From Candidatus Nanohalobium sp. (GTDB taxonomy: Archaea; Nanohalarchaeota; Nanosalinia; Nanosalinales; Nanosalinaceae): a DNA stretch of 12,736 bases. The stretch is from positions 8,306-21,041 of the forward strand of contig JBDGTY010000024.1 of assembly GCA_042216335.1 (NCBI GenBank), read 5' to 3'. This document shows, one piece after another, positions 7,884 to 12,736 of the stretch. Both the position numbers and the translations under genes were made by a program. Under the pieces are notes generated by a model, which did no database searches, was not told the DNA's origin, and saw only the letters and a program-made list of their open reading frames with translations. Within the stretch, counting starts at the first letter, position 1. Every line of letters starts with the position of its first letter.

Positions 7884-9013
7884 GCCGCTTCCCTCACCTT
7901 CTCGGCTATCTCCTTTGCCAGCTCCCTGTCCAGAGTCTCCGGTACGATCCTGTCCTTCTCCGGCTCGATGAAGCCTCTGATGGCCTCGGAAGCCGCCAGC
8001 TTCATATCCTCATTTATCTCGGAGGCCTCTGCATCCAGAGCGCCGCGGAAGATGCCCGGGAACGCCAGTGAGTTGTTGACCTGGTTGTCGAAGTCTGAAC
8101 GCCCGGTCGCGGTGATGAAGGCGCCCGCCTCTTTGGCGTCCGGCGGCAGGATCTCCGGCTCCGGATTCGCCAATGCAAAGACAATCGGATCCTCCGCCAT
8201 CGATTCGACCATATCCTTCGAGACTATTCCCGGAGCGGAGAGGCCGATGAAGACATCCGCATTTTCCATCGCGTCTTCCAGGCCTCCTGACTCGTTGCAT
8301 GCCTGTGTTTTTCCCGCGAGGTTCGCCTTGTACATGTTTTCGTCATCCGTGCTTAGTATTCCGGATGAGTCGACAGGAACGATGTTCTCAGCTCCAGCAT
8401 CTAAAAGGAACTCGGCTACCGCGATACCTGATGCTCCCGCACCGGAGATCGCGATCCTAACGTCTCCCAGGTCTTTTCCAGCCAGTTTCAGGGCGTTTTT
8501 GAGTGCTGCGCTGACTACTATGGCAGTGCCGTGCTGGTCGTCGTGGAAGACAGGGATGTCCAGGCTTTCCTTCAGTTCTTCCTCGACTCTGAAGCATCTG
8601 GGAGCCTTGATGTCTTCCAGATTTACTGCTCCGAAGGTCGGAGCCTCTCGCTCGACGTGCTCGATTATCTCTTCGGCTGAATTGGCGTCGACGCAGATCG
8701 GAAATCCGTCAACCCCCCCAAACTTCTTCATCAGATTGGCTTTACCTTCCATCACCGGCATCGCAGCTTCAGCTCCTATGTCGCCCAGGCCGAGGACTGC
8801 AGATCCATCGGAAACGACTGCGACGAGGTTTCCCTTCGATGTGTAGTCGTATGCTTTTTCTTTATCCTCTGCTATCTCTCTGCAGGGTTCTGCCACGCCC
8901 GGCGTGTAGACGAGTTCCAGGTCTTCTCTACCTTCTATCTCGACGCTTGATTCTACCGAGATTTTTCCAGGGTTTCTGCTGTGAAGTTCCAGTGCTTCTT
9001 CTCTATCGGCCAT
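7880..9013 (-). CDS. NAD(P)-dependent malic enzyme (short form, no phosphotransacetylase domain)
   Basis: YTPGVAEPC, VSDGSAVLGLGDIG, PVMEGKA, NLEDIKAPRCF, PVFHDDQHGTA, GAGASG, FALANPEPEI, ATGRSD..NQVNN.LAFPGIFRG. Confidence 0.95.
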   Translation of the reverse strand: MADREEALELHSRNPGKISVESSVEIEGREDLELVYTPGVAEPCREIAEDKEKAYDYTSKGNLVAVVSDGSAVLGLGDIGAEAAMPVMEGKANLMKKFGGVDGFPICVDANSAEEIIEHVEREAPTFGAVNLEDIKAPRCFRVEEELKESLDIPVFHDDQHGTAIVVSAALKNALKLAGKDLGDVRIAISGAGASGIAVAEFLLDAGAENIVPVDSSGILSTDDENMYKANLAGKTQACNESGGLEDAMENADVFIGLSAPGIVSKDMVESMAEDPIVFALANPEPEILPPDAKEAGAFITATGRSDFDNQVNNSLAFPGIFRGALDAEASEINEDMKLAASEAIRGFIEPEKDRIVPETLDRELAKEIAEKVREAA

Positions 9014-9051
9014 GACTATGAGTTTCTCCGTTTTACTGAAAAATTAATCGG

Positions 9052-9472
9052 TTACCGGTGGACCGCCCGGTAGTCGTAGAGTATCGGCCCAGCCTGAACT
9101 GCCGCCGCGATAAAAGCCACGTAGGTTAGCGGGATGAGGTAGACGAGAGGGACAGTCAGCAGGTTGAGGATTGCTCCGTAGAGATACGTCTTATCTGACG
9201 GTGGAGGAAGTTTTTCCGAGGTGTAGTAGTACCCTGCCGCGCCCACCAGCAGCCAGAGTGTGAAGTAGCTGAAGACAGGGAAACTGTTGAAAAGAAAGTT
9301 CTGAGCCATAAAGAAAGCGGTGAGAACTGCCCATAGGTTGAATACTTTGTTGGATATGTTGAAGCGGTATTTTTCGGCTGTGATGAGTACTGGATGGCCA
9401 TGAGCCGTCCAGATGGTAAGGCTCAGCCCGCACAGGGTCGGAAATGCTTGTGGAGATATTAGTCAACAACAT
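9052..9472 (-). pseudogene. Small multi-pass membrane protein gene with frameshift(s) in its 5' part
   Basis: The frame of ORF 9052..9309 stays open and hydrophobic upstream to ~9460 without an ATG. The likely leaderless ATG (9472, TATA TTTAAAT at 9499-9493) is in another frame, so at least one indel near 9430 is needed. Confidence 0.55.
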
Positions 9473-9484
9473 ATTCGAAAAAGG

Positions 9485-9601
9485 TTTAACGAATTTAAAC
9501 AGGTTTTGTGGTTTAAGAGACCTCCAGGACGGAACAAGCAGAAAAGGGTAAACGCTTGTTCAGTGAACTGATTTAAAATCGTGTTCAAACAATGAAACAC
9601 G
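9485..9601. promoter_or_regulatory. Divergent promoter region with TTxAAC direct repeats and several palindromes
   Basis: TTTAAC (9485)/TTAAAC (9495); GTGAAC (9563)/TTAAAA (9573); inverted repeats GAACAAGC/GCTTGTTC (9532-9561), GTTCAgTGAAC (9558-9568), GATTTaAAATC (9570-9580) and CGTGTT/AACACG (9580-9601). Confidence 0.5.
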
Positions 9602-9602
9602 T

Positions 9603-10418
9603 ATGAGGAAACTTTCAGCGTTAATTATCCTGGCTATATGCCTGACGACAGCAGGGTTTTCACAGCCTGTAGAACCTCAGACGAAGGCGGCTATAGCACC
9701 AGGTAATCCGTTCTACATTGTTGAAAGCTTTGTAGAGGATCTGGAGGTTGGCCTGGCAGGTATCATAGGAGGTCGGGGCCTGAAGGCGAAGACAATAGCC
9801 AATAACGCTGAGGAGAGTCTTGCAGAGGCAGAAAAACTGGCGGAGATGAACAAGACGAAGAGAGCAGTGAAGATGATCGAAAAGTACGAGAGGAAGTTGA
9901 ACAGATCACAAGAGCTCGCAGGCAGGGAAGGAAACCTGAGCAGCAAGATCATGGAGATATCCCGAAACAACGTAAAGAGGCTGGAAGAGGTCAAGAAGAA
10001 ACTGCCGGAAGAAGCACAGAAAGGCATACAGAACGCGATCAAAAACTCCATAAGAAGAAATAGAGGAATGAAGAACTTCAGCGAAACCAAGCAGCCCAGG
10101 ACACCTAAAGACAAAAATCGGAAAAGGCTTCCACCTAAGAAGAAAAAACCGGTTGGGCCAGGAGCCGGAAAAGCGGAAAAATCTCCTAAGAATGTGACAG
10201 AGCTCAGACCAGAAGGAACGAATAAGACTCCGGAGACAGCGGAAAGATTCCGCAAAAAGGAGAATGGGACGGGAGAAACAGCCATGGATAAAGTAGTGAA
10301 CAGAACACAGGAGCCCGGAGGAACAGTTGAAAAATCCAAAGAAGCCTCTCTGAACGGTTCCGGGGACTCCGGAAACACTGGAGATCCCGTAAACTCGGTC
10401 AGGGAAGGCATGCCCTGA
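9603..10418 (+). CDS. Secreted DUF5667-like helical protein with a disordered tail
   Basis: Signal peptide MRKLSALIILAICLTTAGFS; IAPGNPFYIVESFVE motif followed by AEESLAEAEKL, typical of DUF5667; low-complexity C-terminus; eight N-x-S/T sequons. Confidence 0.8.
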   Translation: MRKLSALIILAICLTTAGFSQPVEPQTKAAIAPGNPFYIVESFVEDLEVGLAGIIGGRGLKAKTIANNAEESLAEAEKLAEMNKTKRAVKMIEKYERKLNRSQELAGREGNLSSKIMEISRNNVKRLEEVKKKLPEEAQKGIQNAIKNSIRRNRGMKNFSETKQPRTPKDKNRKRLPPKKKKPVGPGAGKAEKSPKNVTELRPEGTNKTPETAERFRKKENGTGETAMDKVVNRTQEPGGTVEKSKEASLNGSGDSGNTGDPVNSVREGMP

Positions 10419-10458
10419 ATCGTTAATCCTTTATTTCTGTTTCACTGAGGGATTTTCT

Positions 10459-10839
10459 ATGGCTGTTCCGTTTCCGGAGGCAGAGTTTGAGGTACTTATC
10501 TACATGATGCTCGGAGCTTTCATGGCTCTGACAGCCGCCGGAGGATTCTATATCTGGAAACTCCGGAAACTTCTTGCACAGCACCAGCAGAACGAAGATG
10601 AAGAAGACCTCAGGACGGACAACATAGGCCTAACCCACAAGGCAGAGCAAACCCTGGACGTCGTGCTGGATGATCCAATGCTTCAAAGTGAGCTTCCCGA
10701 CGAACTAGGTGTTTCAAAGGCGACGATCAGCAACGCAGTCTCAGAACTTTTCGAAAGAGACCTTGTAATCAAGAAGAAGAAAGCTAACACCTACCGGATC
10801 GAACCTAACAGGGAAGAACTGAGAAAACAGCAGAGATAA
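10459..10839 (+). CDS. Membrane-anchored winged helix-turn-helix transcriptional regulator
   Basis: N-terminal TM (VLIYMMLGAFMALTAAGGFYIW) followed by KLRK; C-terminal LQSELPDELGVSKATISNAVSELFERDLVIKKKKANTYRI wHTH resembling COG2512-type C-termini. Confidence 0.87.
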   Translation: MAVPFPEAEFEVLIYMMLGAFMALTAAGGFYIWKLRKLLAQHQQNEDEEDLRTDNIGLTHKAEQTLDVVLDDPMLQSELPDELGVSKATISNAVSELFERDLVIKKKKANTYRIEPNREELRKQQR

Positions 10840-10864
10840 ACCATTCTTTCTGGGAAATGCACAC

Positions 10865-10932
10865 CTGAACAGAATTGAACGCGAGAAACACCGTGTTAAA
10901 CGTTATTAAACGGTTTTTCAACAACGTTGAAC
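10865..10932 (+). repeat. Helically phased array of six (T/C)T(A/G/C)AAC hexamers, candidate operator
   Basis: CTGAAC 10865, TTGAAC 10875, TTAAAC 10896, TTAAAC 10906, TTCAAC 10917, TTGAAC 10927 (spacings 10, 21, 10, 11, 10), upstream of TATA-like CTTAAG (10953-10958) and SD GGTGA (10981-10985). Confidence 0.75.
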
Positions 10933-10991
10933 GTCCGTTTCCGGCATGCCCTCTTAAGGGTCGGAGATGTATTCTGACTTGGTGAAATCAC

Positions 10992-11597
10992 ATGAAATAC
11001 GATAACGCATTAACGGCAGCATTTCTGATCGCAGGGATGACTCTATTCGCCGCACCGACAGCGGCACAGACCACAGAAACGAAGGTCGAAACGGACGCGC
11101 AAGCCTCCGCACAGGTAGATATTCAGGCACTCCTACAGACAGTACAGGAGCTCAAGCAGCAGGTTCAGCAGCTCCAGGAAAGAGTCAGCGAACTTGAGGC
11201 AGAGGTCAAGGCCTCCGCAGAAGAGGCTGGAAGACGGGGACCCCCAGAGAAAGCAAGTAACGACGACAACCTCGGAGCTAACGTTTCGGCAGAAGCAAGG
11301 GCCGGTGACAGGAAAGGCGTCCTAGGAGCTATCTCGGCTTTCCTTAGCAGCAAAGGCAACGACAGAGCAGCAGAAGCAGTACAGTCCCCCCAGAGACAGA
11401 GCAATTCCAAAAATGAAAACGGCTCGGAGGACGCAGAAGTAGAGACTCAGGTCAAAGCCAGGGCAAGAGGGAATGTAGAAGCAGGAGCACAGAACAGTAA
11501 ACAGAAGACAGAGACACAGGCCGATACAGACGCCCAGATAAAAGCCGGGATAGGCAGGGCAGGCGTAGAAGCTAAAGCCAACTTAGGCCCTGAATAA
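10992..11597 (+). CDS. Secreted protein with a coiled coil and A/Q/E-rich low-complexity repeats
   Basis: SD GGTGA; signal peptide ending APTAA|Q; heptad segment IQALLQTVQELKQQVQQLQERVSELEAEV. Confidence 0.82.
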   Translation: MKYDNALTAAFLIAGMTLFAAPTAAQTTETKVETDAQASAQVDIQALLQTVQELKQQVQQLQERVSELEAEVKASAEEAGRRGPPEKASNDDNLGANVSAEARAGDRKGVLGAISAFLSSKGNDRAAEAVQSPQRQSNSKNENGSEDAEVETQVKARARGNVEAGAQNSKQKTETQADTDAQIKAGIGRAGVEAKANLGPE

Positions 11598-11622
11598 ACC
11601 CTTTTTCTTCCTACTTTATTTT
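11598..11622 (+). terminator. Pyrimidine/T-rich archaeal-type terminator
   Basis: CCCTTTTTCTTCCTACTTTATTTT immediately after the stop codon, between convergent genes. Confidence 0.45.
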
Positions 11623-12006
11623 CTATTCTGAAATGTAATCCGGAGACCCGTTCTCGTCCTCAAATTCCTGAACGTATTCAAATACTTCCTTTCCTATCAA
11701 TTCCCCTCTTTCATCCAGCTCATCCAAGAGATATACCTGGAGATCCGCGACCTTTTCTGTACCGTACTCATCTCCGAACTGCTCCCAGACGTACTCTACA
11801 AGGTCGTCACGGCCTTTGCCATCGTCAAGCTCATTTTTAAACTCCGGACGGAACTTGTTACCGAGTATATTCCGATCCAGCCTGTCATTGTCATCATAGT
11901 CCGACTCTACCTGGGCCAAATTTCTGAGTCCGGTCATGTCTCCCAGACCCTCCTCCGAATTCTTTCTGCTGGATTCGCTGAGAGCACTCAAACCGTCCTT
12001 ATCCAT
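11623..12006 (-). CDS. Acidic hypothetical protein
   Basis: 127 aa, strongly D/E-rich; TATA-like TATAAG ~25-30 nt upstream on the minus strand. Confidence 0.72.
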   Translation of the reverse strand: MDKDGLSALSESSRKNSEEGLGDMTGLRNLAQVESDYDDNDRLDRNILGNKFRPEFKNELDDGKGRDDLVEYVWEQFGDEYGTEKVADLQVYLLDELDERGELIGKEVFEYVQEFEDENGSPDYISE

Positions 12007-12104
12007 AACATCAACTGAGAAAACAAAAACTTATACAGGCTTCCAGAGGTTCAGCCACCCCCGAACTCAACAAACTTAACTTTCCCACCTCGAATATATC
12101 CACG

Positions 12105-12395
12105 ATGGACCTGGAAACACAGAAGAAAAGGGAGCTTAAGGAATACCTTGAGGAGACACACGAAGGTAATTACGGCGTTTCATTAGAACTAGACAGCTTA
12201 GAAAACAAGGTTGAAGCATGGATTATTGCCGATGGAGAAAGCGAGGAGCCGGAGATCGATGAGATGTTCCCTGAGCTCGGTCGAGAGGTCGGTATACTCC
12301 AGCCAAGCGGAGAAATGGAATACGACGAAGAAAAAAGCTGCTATCACTGGAAGATAACCGAAAAACAGGAATACAGAGTGAAGATAGACTCCTGA
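12105..12395 (+). CDS. Acidic hypothetical protein
   Basis: 96 aa, E-rich; CTTAAC ~25-30 nt upstream; fills the space between neighbours without overlap. Confidence 0.72.
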   Translation: MDLETQKKRELKEYLEETHEGNYGVSLELDSLENKVEAWIIADGESEEPEIDEMFPELGREVGILQPSGEMEYDEEKSCYHWKITEKQEYRVKIDS

Positions 12396-12407
12396 GAGAA
12401 ACAGCAG

Positions 12408-12736
12408 CTAATCCTCGAACCCAATCTCTATATCCGCTACGTAAGCCGTATCGCCCTTCAAAATCAGCGGATTGATATCGATCTCGGAGATTTCTTCATG
12501 ATTCATGGCTAACTCGCCAAGCCGGATGATTGCGTCTTTCACCGGCGCCATGTGGTTCTCTTCTCCACGTACTCCTTCGAATAGATCGGAACTCTGTAGT
12601 TCTTCTATCATATCCTCGGCCTCCTCCTCGCTGATTGGTGCGATGCCGAAGGATATGTCGTGTAGTGCTTCTATGTAGATTCCTCCGAGACCGACGAGTA
12701 TCATGGGGCCGAACTGTGTGTCGCGCTTCATTCCCA
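12408..12736 (-). CDS. C-terminal ATP-grasp part of an ADP-forming acetate/acyl-CoA ligase (partial, start outside window)
   Basis: RDTQFGPMILVGLGGIYIE, GVRG and ISEIDINPL motifs of the ACD beta domain; frame is open to the right edge. Confidence 0.92.
   Translation of the reverse strand, partial: GMKRDTQFGPMILVGLGGIYIEALHDISFGIAPISEEEAEDMIEELQSSDLFEGVRGEENHMAPVKDAIIRLGELAMNHEEISEIDINPLILKGDTAYVADIEIGFED

Noticed and set aside
7777-8846. ORFs 7777..7971 (+), 7968..8846 (+) and 8010..8300 (-)
   Set aside because: They overlap the malic enzyme and have S/P/R-rich shadow composition.
9713-10411. 232-aa hydrophobic minus-strand ORF
   Set aside because: Antisense mirror of the K/E-rich DUF5667-like gene; AAG/GAA codons read as Leu/Phe on the opposite strand.

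Overview
Gene-dense archaeal chromosomal window, most likely from Nanohaloarchaeota/DPANN (inferred from acidic proteins, mostly leaderless genes with a TATA box ~25-30 nt upstream of the start codon, and the radB, cdc48, type II map and ADP-forming acetate-CoA ligase genes). The housekeeping genes are radB, cdc48 (with a C-terminal HbYX tail), map, a malic enzyme and the 3' end of an ADP-forming acyl-CoA ligase. Accessory elements in order: a ~260-nt highly structured leader upstream of a gene running off the left edge; a DUF4258-DUF2283 putative toxin-antitoxin pair transcribed divergently from a small Cas2/VapD-like gene, with a 22-bp palindrome between them; a Zn-finger/TM/DsbA gene coupled to a CxxC membrane protein; and two frameshifted orphan genes not recovered intact by the ORF track. 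The best candidate for an undescribed system is a DUF5667-like secreted protein, a membrane-anchored winged-HTH regulator and a secreted coiled-coil protein, with a helically phased array of TT(A/G/C)AAC direct repeats upstream of the last gene. No rRNA, tRNA, CRISPR array or transposase was recognised. All family calls are from motif recognition by eye; no searches were run.
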